DNA of 60,718 nucleotides, the filler included, from Sphacelaria rigidula (lineage: Eukaryota): the NCBI GenBank assembly GCA_964200075.2. It is 8 parts of 8 records of this genome, joined end to end, with 100 filler letters (N's around TTAATTAATTAA, not from the genome) between each part and the next. Parts side by side here need not be neighbours in the genome. Positions count along the whole stretch, not along the records: positions 30,411 to 37,912 come from CAXNAA020014619.1; positions 38,013 to 45,514 come from CAXNAA020014620.1; positions 45,615 to 53,116 come from CAXNAA020014621.1; 5 more parts are not named here. One strand, 5' to 3'. The notes under the pieces are model-generated. The model saw only the letters and a program-made list of their open reading frames with translations, was not told the DNA's origin and did no database searches. Positions 37,140 through 48,284 of this stretch are shown here, piece after piece (within the stretch, counting starts at the first letter, position 1; every line of letters begins with the position of its first letter). The position numbers and the translations under genes were made by a program.

Positions 37140-37376
37140 GAGCCTGGCCCGGCGGAAACCCGATGTGCTCCGTACCGGTTATGTAGGGATGCGAGGTCAA
37201 TGGTCTTGTGACTACGGCATGTATGATGATGAATACACCACCTCCCACGTCCGTCTCGAAGGGATGCGTGGTCAATGGGCACACGACTAAGGCAGGCAAC
37301 AAATGAGTACGCCCCCCCCCCCCCGGTGGTCAATGGTCAAACGACTAAGGCAAGCAACAAATGAGTACGCCCCCCC
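37140..37376 (+). mobile_element. Head-to-tail stack of three non-LTR 3' ends (F2 ~37140-37246, F1 37250-37324, F1 37326-37376)
   Basis: Each copy begins within a few bases of the C-rich tail of the previous one. Confidence 0.75.
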
Positions 37377-37831
37377 TCTTCCCCCCGCACGCGCACGCTG
37401 TCCCGGTGGAGCGACTCATGTTTCGTCTGGTGCGTGGCTATTGAAATAATATGGGACATGGTATCGTCACTCGTCGCCCCTCGACTTCTGAGCACGTTTT
37501 GTTGTGCTTGCATTGACGACAATCATGTTGTGTTCCTAGAATAAATGAAGATATTCTCATTGTCGTTGTCATCATCATCACCTCACCTGTCGGGATTTCG
37601 AACCGGCACAAATTCGCCCCGAAGCGGCTGCTGGTATACCTGGTTGACCAGAGGAGGGTGGGGATACTGTATTATACGACAGCACTGTTGGCAATTGAGT
37701 TATTGATGTATTGGTTTTGTTGATCGACTGGTTCTCGTACCTTAACCGATCCACGAGACCTAGTCATGGTCATTATCCACAAGATAGACTCCGCCGAAGG
37801 AAATCGAATAAAAACGCTCACTAAAGAGTGC

Positions 37832-37912
37832 GGGGGGAGGGGGGGGGGGGCGTACTCATTTGTTGGCGGCCTTAGGCATTTGAGCAGTTTCCCCGCGGCC
37901 CTTGCGGGACGG
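37832..37912 (-). mobile_element. Degraded or low-quality F1 copy at the contig end
   Basis: G run then CGTACTCATTTGTTG....CCTTAG.CATTTGA. Confidence 0.6.
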
Positions 37913-38012
37913 NNNNNNNNNNNNNNNNNNNNNNNNNNNNNNNNNNNNNNNNNNNNTTAATTAATTAANNNNNNNNNNNNNNNNNNNNNNNNNNNNNNNN
38001 NNNNNNNNNNNN
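37913..38012. other. Artificial contig linker
   Basis: N44-TTAATTAATTAA-N44. Confidence 0.98.
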
Positions 38013-39664
38013 TCTATCGGCTCCCACTTTCCTCTCTATCCGCCGCACGAGTCCTCCTGTCTCCCCCCCCCCCCCCCCCCCTTCCCCCCCACTCCCCCAG
38101 CGCGCTCGTGCGTGGAGGCGCTGAGCATGTACAATATCGCGCGGACAGTCGGGGAACACTTTCGTTCCATCCCCTATTTCTGTCCGCACAACCCCAATAC
38201 GTGATCGGGCCCGGCTGAATTGTCTCTAGTGGAAATGCATGCATGTGGTGGATGGTTGGTAACAATCTTGCGTTTGGCGATTTTCACCAGCGAACAACAA
38301 CAACAACAACAACGGCGACGACACACGATTCTATCAAATGAGGTTGTACACTAAAATGAGGTTCAAGCCCAAAACAGTGCTTTCCCCACACTTACAGTGA
38401 CAGTGCCCAATGACGTTCTTGTCGGCCTAATGCCCCCCCATCGAGTACATACGTTTCAGCGCATTTTACCGACTCTATGAGCTTACAGCTCTGAGCGAAA
38501 CCTCCATTTTCCCCTGATAACGCCCCCCCCCATCGCGCTAGATCTCACCCCGTGCTCGCTCAGTTGCAGTCTATGCGAGGGCCGCTTTCCGGTCTCCGTC
38601 TCCTGTGTTCCTCTGGACGACTGAAACGCCGAAGAACCACCTCCCGCGGACGACTTCAAGCCAACCACTCCAACATCAGAGGTATTCCTGCTGGGTCCCC
38701 AAGACGAAGTCAAGCCTTCCCGCCCGACGTGAAACACCGACCTGAAAACGGCCACAGAATTTGGAAAGGGTGAGGAAGAAGGGGAGTGAGGGATAATACA
38801 TCCTGGCGTAGGGTGGGAATGAATGTCTCCTTATCTCTGTGCTATTATTACATGTTTTTGTGTTCCATCTTCATTTATCGGCTAAGTGCGTGGGTGAGTG
38901 GTGTCACGGAGATCACCCACTTTGGCATAATTGGTCTATGCTTGTGGATGGCGTTTTGCATTTTAACAGTGCGCCCGATACTCAAAGCTGCGACACGAGG
39001 CCACACAATCACGCCCGTGCTGAGGGTGTCGGACTGCATATCGCCTAACAAGTGGCACGGCAAACCGACACAGAAACACCAGGTCGAAGCCACATTTGCA
39101 CTGGTCGCCGAAGCCGGCGGCGGAGGCGGCGGCGGCTAAGCGAGGGAACTGGAAGTGATACAAGCCAGACCCGACGTGACCGACGAGCCCGTCGACAAGA
39201 TCAGCGGTCACAAATGACCCCTCTCAGCTCGCTCACGGCAGAAACGCCGCTCAGTCCGAAGTATGAGCAACATTACGTATATATGCTTCAGTGGGGGTAT
39301 GCATCGGGGTTTCAGGATGTACAAACAACATATCTTGCAACAGGTCGACAATGATGACAGGGAACACGACCATATATACGGAGTCATCACATCAGGGGGC
39401 GGTTTTCGAACATGGTCCACATTCCGAAGTACGCCCACGCTGATCCCACCGATGAAGCAAAAACAAGTGCCCGCCACCTGCAGTTTCCTCGAGATTTACG
39501 GGTACAGCTATACACATACACTGAACACGTCTGCCTGGTAACGGCAAGACTAAACACGAAACCACAACCGGATCTGAGCTGCGAGTACTCTCATTGAAAT
39601 GGACAAAGTGCAGGGGTTTCATGTCGAGTCGGGGGGAAAATCTGTCGTGTTCGGAATATTACAC

Positions 39665-39930
39665 GGGTCGGACGAATCAATGGTTCGTCTGGAAATTACT
39701 TGCTTTTAGTGTAATTGGTTCGTACCGTATGAATCAATCCTAAGGCCTTGTATTCAGCGTTGCGTGCCAGGTACGCGCAACCCAGGCACGTGAAATGGCG
39801 CGAACACTGCGTGGAGAACGTTTTGACCAGTGGTCAACTTTTTTCTATCGTTCGAGCAACCAGGCCCGAAAATTCGTGCATGTGGTGATCCGAACCGGCG
39901 ATGATTCATCCGAACCGTGAAATATTTGAC
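39665..39930 (+). repeat. Dispersed repeat; inverted copy at about 43880-44160, partial copy at about 45615-45710
   Basis: TTCGTCTGGAAATTACTTG, GAATCAATCCT and AACC.GCGATGATTC.TC..AACCGTG are shared. Confidence 0.75.
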
Positions 39931-40208
39931 TTCATATCTGCCAGTTGTGTCTCCGCGGGTATTTGTCATCATGATTTCAAATGTCACACAACTTCTGTGC
40001 AGGAACCATGAAGAGCTTTTCACAGCTGTTAGTTCGGTATCTGTGACTCACTCTATTCTCTGTCCCTCTGTCTCAGGATTCTGTGTGTCTGTGCGTCTGT
40101 CGGACTGTGTGTCCGTATGCCTGTCTCGTTGTGTCTGCCTTTGTCTCTCTACTTACCGTCATGTTCCGAACCCGTCCCCTTTCTCAGGGCGACTCCGTGT
40201 TCTCCAGG

Positions 40209-40462
40209 GATCAACAACGATGGCTATACTAGGAGATAGATGGTGGCCAGAGACGGCGAAACAGGATGGGGATAAGATATGTAAGAGGTTCTTGTGTAAT
40301 GTTTGGAAGAAACGTAATGAGCTACGGAAGGAACGTAATGAGCGCCAGAATGTTGGATGTGCCTCTATTAGGAGTAGGGACAGACGGTGCTCCGTCTCGA
40401 AAGGGATGCGTGGTCAATGGTCGAACGACTAAAGCAAGCAACAAATGAGTACGCCCCCCCCC
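40209..40462 (+). mobile_element. 5'-truncated non-LTR (LINE) fragment: ORF2 C-terminus, F1 3' UTR and poly(C)
   Basis: Translates MAILGDRWWPETAKQDGDKICKRFLCNVWKKRNE (FL..W..RN-type LINE ORF2 end) and runs directly into the F1 terminal sequence and C run. Confidence 0.7.
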
Positions 40463-40589
40463 GTACATGCCCAACTTTTCGTTCTGTGTCGCAGAATGAA
40501 TCAAGACTTCCCGCATGGCGTCGACTTTCTCTAATTTTTCCTCGCCCCTCACATCTTCACCTTTTCAGCGAAAGAAATCAAAAACACCA

Positions 40590-40682
40590 AAAAAAAAAAA
40601 AAACACGTATCTCCTGGGATTCGGATCCTTGTCAGAGCTCTAGCCATCAAAGTTACCCGTTTAGCCACGGGGGCGCGGTACT
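40590..40682 (-). mobile_element. tRNA-like (Pol III A/B box) SINE head
   Basis: Reverse complement contains TGGCTAAACGG (A-box-like) and GATCCGAATCC (B-box-like). Confidence 0.4.
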
Positions 40683-40774
40683 CTGAACTCGGTATATTCA
40701 TATCAGAGGCATTCAGCGATTTCAGGACGTGTCCCACATCCTAAGCGGCGAAATATCTTGGCACTTTTATTCCA

Positions 40775-41090
40775 TTTTTTTTTTATTTGTCGCACTTTGA
40801 ACCTCTCCCCTTCCTTAAGACGAGTCCGTGGTCTCAAGGGATCAACCCATCTCTCCCCCGGTACACGCCTTGCATTTTGGTCTCGCGGATTGGGTCATGA
40901 CTACCAGCACTCCCGCACCGCGTCAACTCACGTCAACCAAACTCAGTTGATTACTTTGTATCTCACGTTCTCACGCTTTCCACGGTGGAAATCAGACACT
41001 ACGAAGAAAAACCCCAACGCATCTGGAATCGAACCCTCGTTTCTCTCCACCCTAACGGCGATAATCGGTCCAAAAACACCACCAGGTGGC
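40775..41090 (-). mobile_element. tRNA-derived SINE family A
   Basis: B box GGTTCGATTCC on the minus strand at about 41025-41035. The body recurs at 45290-45514 (same strand) and about 46850-47100 (opposite strand). Confidence 0.6.
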
Positions 41091-41499
41091 GGCAAAGGCA
41101 CTAGAGGTAAAAATAGGAAATGAAAACTTTTCTCCGTTGGCTGGATTTCCTGTGCAAACAAGTGCGTAAAGTCTCACCATGCCGAAATTCGTGAAACTCG
41201 CGGGTGAAAATGTTGGTGTAAACAAATGCATAGTTTCTCTTGGACAATCTCCGAAACGTTGTTTTTCTTCTGTAAATGGGGAAATATCATGTGGAATATC
41301 ATATTACGTGAGTGCATTCACAGTGGCAATATCGTGACTGTTGCGCGTTGCGATGTTGGCCAATGTCCATTTTCCACGTCTGGATAAGAGGAAAATTAAA
41401 ATACACCGACAATCCGGGGGCTCGCCCAACGCCTCCTCATGTTGCCGTGCACCAGTACTCGCAGCAGTTACCAGCTGAGAGAGAGGATTGTTGTGACGT

Positions 41500-42040
41500 T
41501 TTTGATAGTCGATGATTTTCGATATTTTTCGCGTATCACCGCTCATACCAGGGAACGTTTGATCCCGCGGTTTGGGCATCCGGATATACTAGGTATCCGC
41601 TCCACGTTCCGAAACGGAGAATCATATTCGCGCTCAAATATTGAACGATTTTTTACGGACTGAATTGAATTGACGGGGGTGTCATTGACTGTCTTTGGTC
41701 CAAAACACAATTCATTTTGGCTCAGGCGCAATGAACAAGTGCAAATGAAATCTTGGGATCGGTAAAAATGTTCACAAGAGCGATTGGGATTGATCAACTC
41801 TCCCCTCCCTGCACCATACATAGATCTGTTGGACAATTTTCGTGGTTGGGCATTCTTCTGAACTTGCTCGTATAGTATTTTCCCCCAACACTCGAAAGTC
41901 CTGGCGTCGATAGATACTGGGAAAACGATGTGGAGCGGATGCCTAGCATCTCCCGATACCCGAAACTTTGGGATCAGACGTTCACTGGGATGAGCGGTTG
42001 TACGCGGAAAAACTGTTGAAAAATCACCAACTTCGAAAAC
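41500..42040. mobile_element. Fold-back/MITE-like element with ~110-bp inverted arms (41500-41608 and 41928-42040)
   Basis: CGCGTA.(C)ACCGCTCAT.CCAG.GAACGT.TGATCCC...GTTT.GG.ATC.GGA.AT.CTAGG.ATCCGCTCCAC in both arms. No TSD found. Confidence 0.65.
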
Positions 42041-42417
42041 AAAATATTGTACAAAAATACCCTGGTTCGGCCGGAAACTCCTATCCAGCACATTTCTCCA
42101 ACAACTATATTTTTGTGCCAGAAGATGACCCCCACCGTCACACTACCACGACGATATTCACGCATTTTGTGAGATGCGCATACATTTTTTACGGTAGTTT
42201 TTGACCGGTATCCAACAGCAAATTGAAAAGTTTAGGCGGGACACAAAAAATGGCCCAGGTATTTCTTCACCACAGTGGTGCTACTACAGTAGGGGTACAC
42301 GAGAAAAAAATCCGAGATTCTATGGTTTAGTACACAACAGTAGAATACCGCCAGAGGGTTATGAGCCCTCGCCTCTCTGAGACAGCAGAGTGCTCTGTCG
42401 ATTAAGCTATGACGGTG

Positions 42418-42881
42418 CGTTGAGGACGGGACAATGCTCAGAAGAGCTGACAGTGAAGATCCCAGAAGTGGACTGGGAAGTGAAGTGAAGTGAGATACGG
42501 GGGGCGAGCGGTACAGGCTCGCACCGTGTCTCGGACAAAAGACAAGCCACAAGCCAGTCAAATTCAAAAGACAAGCCAGTCGGACAAAAAACATGCTTGT
42601 GGTGTAGTGTACAGTCAAGCTCACATAAAGTGAGCTTGATGGCATCGTGTACGTTGGCTTAGAGCTTGGAGCATACACATTGCTCCGTGGCTCCCAAGGT
42701 ACACGGACAGTTCGACAAGTCTCCTAAGGTGATATAGCCGACGCTCGAGGAATCTTCCTCGTGGCTAGAAGTTCCCAATGAACAAGACCCGTAGGTCTGG
42801 TTCTACATAGAACCATAAGTCATGTTGTGTTCGCATAGCTGGGACCCACAGTTCGAGCTGTTATTTGGGGAGCCCTCAACA
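42418..42881. mobile_element. Possible solo LTR
   Basis: Ends CGTTGAGG...CCTCAACA resemble TGTTG...CAACA LTR termini. No TSD found. Confidence 0.25.
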
Positions 42882-42894
42882 GCATCCAACAAAG

Positions 42895-43106
42895 CAGGAT
42901 TCTTTACGTTACACGTCACAACTTAACGTTACACGTCACAAACTTCGTTACACGCGGAGCCCTTTGTAGAGTCAAGTCAAATCAAATAAGGCGTCGGGCC
43001 TGGGTAGTACTACGGTGGGGGACCACGTGGGCCCCCACCGTAGTACCACCCTGGCTTAACTTGTGACGAGTAGCGAGCGTTGTTACGTGTAACGTAAAGA
43101 GCCCTG
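42895..43106. mobile_element. hAT-like MITE containing a 5S rRNA-derived fold-back
   Basis: TIR CAGGATTCTTTACGTTACACGTCACAAC versus reverse complement CAGGGCTCTTTACGTTACACGTAACAAC (25/28). 8-bp flanks CAACAAAG and CAAAAAAC (6/8). Subterminal CGTTACACG repeats. Confidence 0.7.
42990..43062. pseudogene. 5S rRNA-derived fragments in inverted arrangement (forward 42990-43031, reverse 43032-43062)
   Basis: GGCGTCGGGCCTGGGTAGTACTACGGTGGGGGACCACGTGGG matches the 3'-central part of eukaryotic 5S rRNA. The reverse part reads AAGTTAAGC-CAGGGTGGTACTACGGTGGGGG, which includes the 5S box-A AAGTTAAGC. Confidence 0.8.
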
Positions 43107-43209
43107 CAAAAAACGACTTACCAAAACATGCGAGAGGGCGCGACGATTAGCATTCCAGTGGGCTAGGGTTATCCCGAATGAATTTGAAAAGCGTAATCTG
43201 TGGTCATTT

Positions 43210-43567
43210 CATCAATTCTGGACGCCAGTCTACACTTTTTCGGTATATGTGGGCTCACCAGCTGGGGTCACACAGGAGGAGGAAGGCCAACACAGTAGTT
43301 TTCTCCTGTTTTTTTTATTTCAATTTGTTTTCGTTCTACACCTTCCTCCTGCAGTGCTTGCTTTTTTTTTTTTATCGCGAGAGCGGTTCAACAATCCTTT
43401 TTCCCTCGTCGACCATCAACAAGTAGAATATTGTGTAATCACGATGCAGTCGCTCTTCACTGTTGGGCATTGTGTGAGAAAAAAAATCGCAGATCGCTTC
43501 GAGATTCGAACCCACGATCCACCCATCAGGAGAGTTTGACGTTAACAACTGAGCCACCGAGGCGACC
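43210..43567 (-). mobile_element. tRNA-derived SINE family B, apparently near full length
   Basis: Reverse-complement head GGTCGCCTCGGTGGCTCAGTTG (A box)...GGGTTCGAATCTC (B box). The tail is homologous to 1854-1929. Confidence 0.7.
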
Positions 43568-45289
43568 GGCTCCGGTAATGTCTTCACCCCATATTCTTGT
43601 GCAGCTACTGACTTTTGGAGCCCCTAAATGAGAAAGAGCTGGGCCAAAATGTGCAATCCCTATCGTAGCATGAATCACCAGTTGCTACATTGGTAGAGAG
43701 AGCGTAGCGAGCGGTATCTGGTATGTCTCAATCGCTCAAGGGCAAATATCCGTAAAAAAAATGGAGCCTTTACCCGTAAGTCGTATTTTGTAGAGACGTG
43801 ATGAGAGTACTAAAGACACGCCTCAACGTCGTGGACCCGTAGTAGAGTACAAGTGCGAATTCCGAGTGTTCTCTTTCTTATCTTCCACGGTTCAGACGAA
43901 TCATCGCTGGTTTTGAATCATGACTGAATCCTACGCGATTTTTTCAGGCGTGATTTTGCTCGGAAGAGAGGAGAATTGTTTTTGACCGCTACGGTCGTCA
44001 AAAAGGTCTCCGCGCAATTTTTGCGCCATTCCACGTCCCTGGGCCGCGCGTGCGTGGGTTGTAACGCTGAAAACAAAGCTTGAGGATTGATTCGTACCCG
44101 TACGAATCAATCACACTATAATCAAGTAATTTCCAGACGAATCATTCATTCCTCTGACCTTCATTATTTCCCCTTTCTACAGTTATTGGGGTGAATGAAG
44201 GCCCTGCCGACCAAAAATCCGCTTCCCACAAAAAATCAAATGAATGCGGAGGGATATTGAAGACGTATTGAAGACGTCATGGACTGTTCGGACCTGTGCC
44301 GAACCTGTGCCGAGCATAACACACGCTCCATCCCAAGTTACCTAGGTTGAGTATGCGACAGCTGTAATTTTTTAATCTCAATTATCTTGAGACATGAAGT
44401 ACAGCGGCCTCTGGAACTTTACAGCCTCCCGCACACACACTAGACCTTTTCATTGTTGTAAGTGGATTTGCTGAATTCGCCACAGTGGATCCGAAAAGCC
44501 CCAGAACGTTGCAGGAAACGCGTTTCCAGTACATTTCGTGTTTGGTGCAGTGGTTTGCGAAGTGCTGCGGCCTCCGCGGCACGCCTTACGGAAACCTGCT
44601 CGCAACACTCGATAGTTCTGGTGTGTGGGAAGCGCATGCATCAAACCGCAGTCCAATCCTCTGCTTCGTTGCCGAGAAAGTAGAGACGGAAGAAAAGCAC
44701 AACAACATACTGCAACAAGAGGGGCACGACAACAACACGAGCAGCAGCTTCTATCCTCCTGTTCTTTTAACCCTGTGTACAGGTGTACAGCAACGCCAGT
44801 CATAGGTGTGCTGTAGAATGTACTATAGCAATAGTACATTTTGCATGAGCGTCGTCGTCATTTCGAGTGACGCGTGTACTTGTGATTGATACTAATTGGC
44901 TCATTTAGGTTCATTTCTTCTGCACTCAACTGACTGTGGAGTTGGTCGGTCCATTTTCCAGGTATGTAGTGCCCAAAATCGGGCCCCAATCGCCCCCATA
45001 ACAGTCTCGTTTCGCGGACATTTCCGTTTTCTTTTTTCTCCTCGGGTATGACCATGTGGCGACCGAGTACGGCTGGATTAATATCGGATTACTTCATGTG
45101 GCACAACCATACTTCCATCTAAGAGGAGGTACCTTTGCACAGGGTTGGGGCTTTTTCTACGCGGCCTTTTTTTTCCTTTTTCCCCGTGTTGTACGTTCCA
45201 AGGCCGTCGCCTGCGCGTTGACAGCACTGGCAGGTTTTTTCCCGCTCTCGGCACACCCGACTAAAGTCATCAACATCCCAGCACGCTTG

Positions 45290-45514
45290 TATTTTTTTGT
45301 TTTCCTCACACTTTGAACCCCTCCCCTTCCTCGGGATGAGTCCGTGGTCTCAAGGGATCAACCGATTTCTCCCCCGGCACGTGCCTTTCATTTTGGTCTT
45401 GCGGATTGGGTTATGACTATCAGCACTCCGCACCGCGTCAACTCACGTCACAGAAACCCAGTCGACGACTTTGCTTATTCACGTTCTCACGCTTTCAACG
45501 ATAGAAATCATAAA
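45290..45514 (-). mobile_element. SINE family A, truncated by the contig end
   Basis: GAGTCCGTGGTCTCAAGGGATCAACC and CCGCACCGCGTCAACTCACGTCA are identical to blocks in 40821-40934. Confidence 0.7.
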
Positions 45515-45614
45515 NNNNNNNNNNNNNNNNNNNNNNNNNNNNNNNNNNNNNNNNNNNNTTAATTAATTAANNNNNNNNNNNNNNNNNNNNNNNNNNNNNN
45601 NNNNNNNNNNNNNN
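45515..45614. other. Artificial contig linker
   Basis: N44-TTAATTAATTAA-N44. Confidence 0.98.
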
Positions 45615-46814
45615 ACTTTTTTCGCCCTTTTGGGCAATCAGGCCGAAGAAATCGTGGATTTGGTGATTCGAACCGGCGATGATTCGTCCTAACCGTGAAA
45701 ATATTCGACGTTCCTGTTGTGGTTTCGATGACTCCCCGGCGGATTACCGACATGTCCTTGCGGGTACCACATAACAGATCATCCTTAGAAATAATATGCT
45801 GAGTGAGATGCGCACTGAACATAATGATATGTCCGGTGCAGGTAAAAAAATGCTGATGTGCTACTATCTGGTGTGAATGAGCTTGATTCTTTGATGTGCC
45901 GGTTTTGTTGCTTGAGCCGCGTGTGATAGGTTTTGCCGTCTTTGCCCTACAACACCCGACACCAGTCTAGTGATGTGGCGGTACACCTGCACCAAATTCT
46001 GTTTCAAAGTCGCAAGATCTTGGTATTTAACTCAAACGGTCACGCTCGTAGCTGTCGAATTTCTTTCATCGTTATTTGCTCGTTGATTTCAGTGGTCGAC
46101 GGTAGCGTTCCTCCTCCTAAATTTTTGTATTTTGTTCTTCAACCTCTAGAATCCCACGGGTCTCCACCTCTCGAATAGGTACAACGCTTGGTTGACAAAT
46201 GACTGCGATGCGTAGCTGTCCGTCTCTGGCCGCTCAAATAGTTCATTAATCACAGCTGATAAAAGTACGCACATTTCTTGTTGACGGGGTCGTGCATCGG
46301 TGGACATATCACCCATGTTTCGAATCGCTATGATAGAGCATATCATGTCGGAGGTTTGCATCGATGTCGTCACTGCGGGTATGAAGTGCGTCATGAAGGT
46401 GATACCATGTTCAAGAGGTATTCTGTACCGGCGACTATCAAAAACGGATCCCGGAGCACTACAGGGGTCCCACTAAGAACGGAGCAAGTGGTAGTCCGGT
46501 ACTGCTTCTAACCTTTTTCAGGTTATTCTTGGAATTGCTGGCAACTCAAGGCACACTTGCTGCGTTTTCGATCGTCTTTAGGCCATTTGCTTTCTCGGCC
46601 AATGATATGGCCGCATTTGAGGCAATTCACGCTGTCACGGAGCTGTACCGAAACTGTCTCAAGAGTGCTGAGGTATGCAATAACGGGACCTTTTCTCTTC
46701 AATGTATCACCCGCAATATTCATGTATGTGATACTCGGAGTATATTATTACGCCATGACATGGAATGGAATAGGACCTATCATGCCACCGCGCCGTGCTG
46801 TTCAAAATTGTGAT

Positions 46815-47100
46815 GGTACACCCGTAGTCATTAGCCAGTGAGGGCAAAAGGTCGCGGCCTTGAATCCGTGCAGAAGTGTTTTTTTCGGGAAAAATCTACC
46901 ATCTGTTGTTGAACGCGTGAGCACGCGAGGAGCCTTCATGAATTCGATGAGAGTGGATGTGATGCAGAAGTGTTGGTCATGATCCAATCCGCGAAACCAG
47001 AATGGCGGGCACGTCCAGTACCGGAGAGGAGATGGATTGATCGTTTGGATTACAAACTCCTTCCGACGTTCCGACGTTCCCAGGAAGAGGAGGGGTAGAA
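46815..47100 (+). mobile_element. SINE family A, diverged copy
   Basis: GTCATGA.CCAATCCGCGA.ACCA.AATG and neighbouring blocks match the reverse complement of 40840-40980. Confidence 0.55.
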
Positions 47101-47544
47101 AGGATGGAAAAGAAAGGAAGAATGGGAGTAAGAAAGAAACAGATGCAAAGGAGCAGGAACATAATCGGGACTGACAGGAATACAGGGGGCGCTTAGAGAC
47201 AAGGGTCAACTTTGTGACACCGACAGGCCTGAACATGAAAGCATGCCGGGAAGGACGCGGGCAGTCACTCACAGAGGTCTTGCCCAAGAGTCAGGTCGCA
47301 CGGAGGTTACGATATCATGTGAAGCATCGGTATCAGTCTCAAGGACAACGATCACGCCACGAGTCAGTTCACACAATGGTGACAGCATTGTAAAAACGGC
47401 AGCAGCAGCATCATCAATACCATCAATCATGATCATGCAACGAGCGAATTCGAAGAAGGGTCACAGCACGGGAAAGACACAAATACAAGCACGCAAGTTG
47501 GCCGAATGAAGAACGAAGCCCGATTCTGTGTGGTGTGTTTACAG

Positions 47545-47662
47545 GTTGCTGTCGCGGACGTCACAGGTGGCGATGACCTGGAATTGTTGTTCGGCGACGT
47601 GTCCGGATTGCTGGTGTGCCTGAAGCCTGACGGGACAGAGGCCTGGACTTCTCGACTCGAAG
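47545..47662 (+). CDS. Single exon encoding an FG-GAP-type beta-propeller blade (DEX1-like)
   Basis: TTTACAG acceptor. VAVADVTGGDDLELLFGDVSGLLVCLKPDGTEAWTSRLE matches the 'AD(I/V)xxDxxxEL...D..G......G.E.W' pattern of DEX1/FG-GAP proteins. The donor (AG|GTGTTC) is weak and no other exon was found in the contig. Confidence 0.65.
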
Positions 47663-48284
47663 GTGTTCAGTACTGTAGTGCCGTAGTCCTGTAGTACCGC
47701 AGCGCAATACTGCCCTTTACGCGTCGAAAAAATGGACTTGGGTTGTTGTTATTTCATTCAGAAGAAAAAGCCGAGAAAAATGAACTGATACTCTAGATCT
47801 TGACTTGACATATGCTCTGCAATGCCGGGGCGTACAGCGTTTTGTCCACGCTTGTCGTACCGCAGCGTACAGTTGATTGAGTGTTTTGTCCCCCCCCCCC
47901 CTCCCCCGCCCCATCTCCTCTCACGAGCGCGCTGTAAAACACGCCACTCACTGCGTACGCTAGTCAAACAGGCAATCGTTTTTGTTTCTGCTCGCATTTT
48001 TTTGCGGAAACCATGATGCTGGTCAAGTTAGATCATGTTGTGCGGGGTGGAGAACCTGAACTCCGCGCGAGGGGGATGTTCGTAATGCCTAGTGTTAGAA
48101 TGGTGAGATACCCACGAGGCAGTGTATCCCGTGGCTGCCCCTGGAATTGACGATACCAGAAAATGAACCAACATATTTTAGGCCATTATCCATATGCAAG
48201 ATAAGTGGTACGTTTCGGGCCGAACAGTCTTTGGTAGGATGCAGCTCACCCGTCATTCTACTCGCCGGACACATCACGGTACTT

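Larger units (their letters stand above)
42273..43676. mobile_element. Sola2-like MITE (TSD ACCA) expanded by nested insertions
   Basis: Left CAGTGGTGCTACTACAGTAGGGGTACAC; right reverse complement GATTCATGCTACGATAGGGATTGCAC. ACCA at 42269-42272 and 43677-43680. Confidence 0.55.

Noticed and set aside
42990-43062. Functional 5S rRNA gene
   Set aside because: Only about 42 nt are present in forward orientation; the 5' half and the 3' end/terminator are missing.
43495-43567. tRNA genes (also near 40620-40680 and 41020-41090)
   Set aside because: A/B boxes are present but I could not form a convincing cloverleaf. Two of the three are attached to dispersed repeat bodies, so they are treated as SINE heads.
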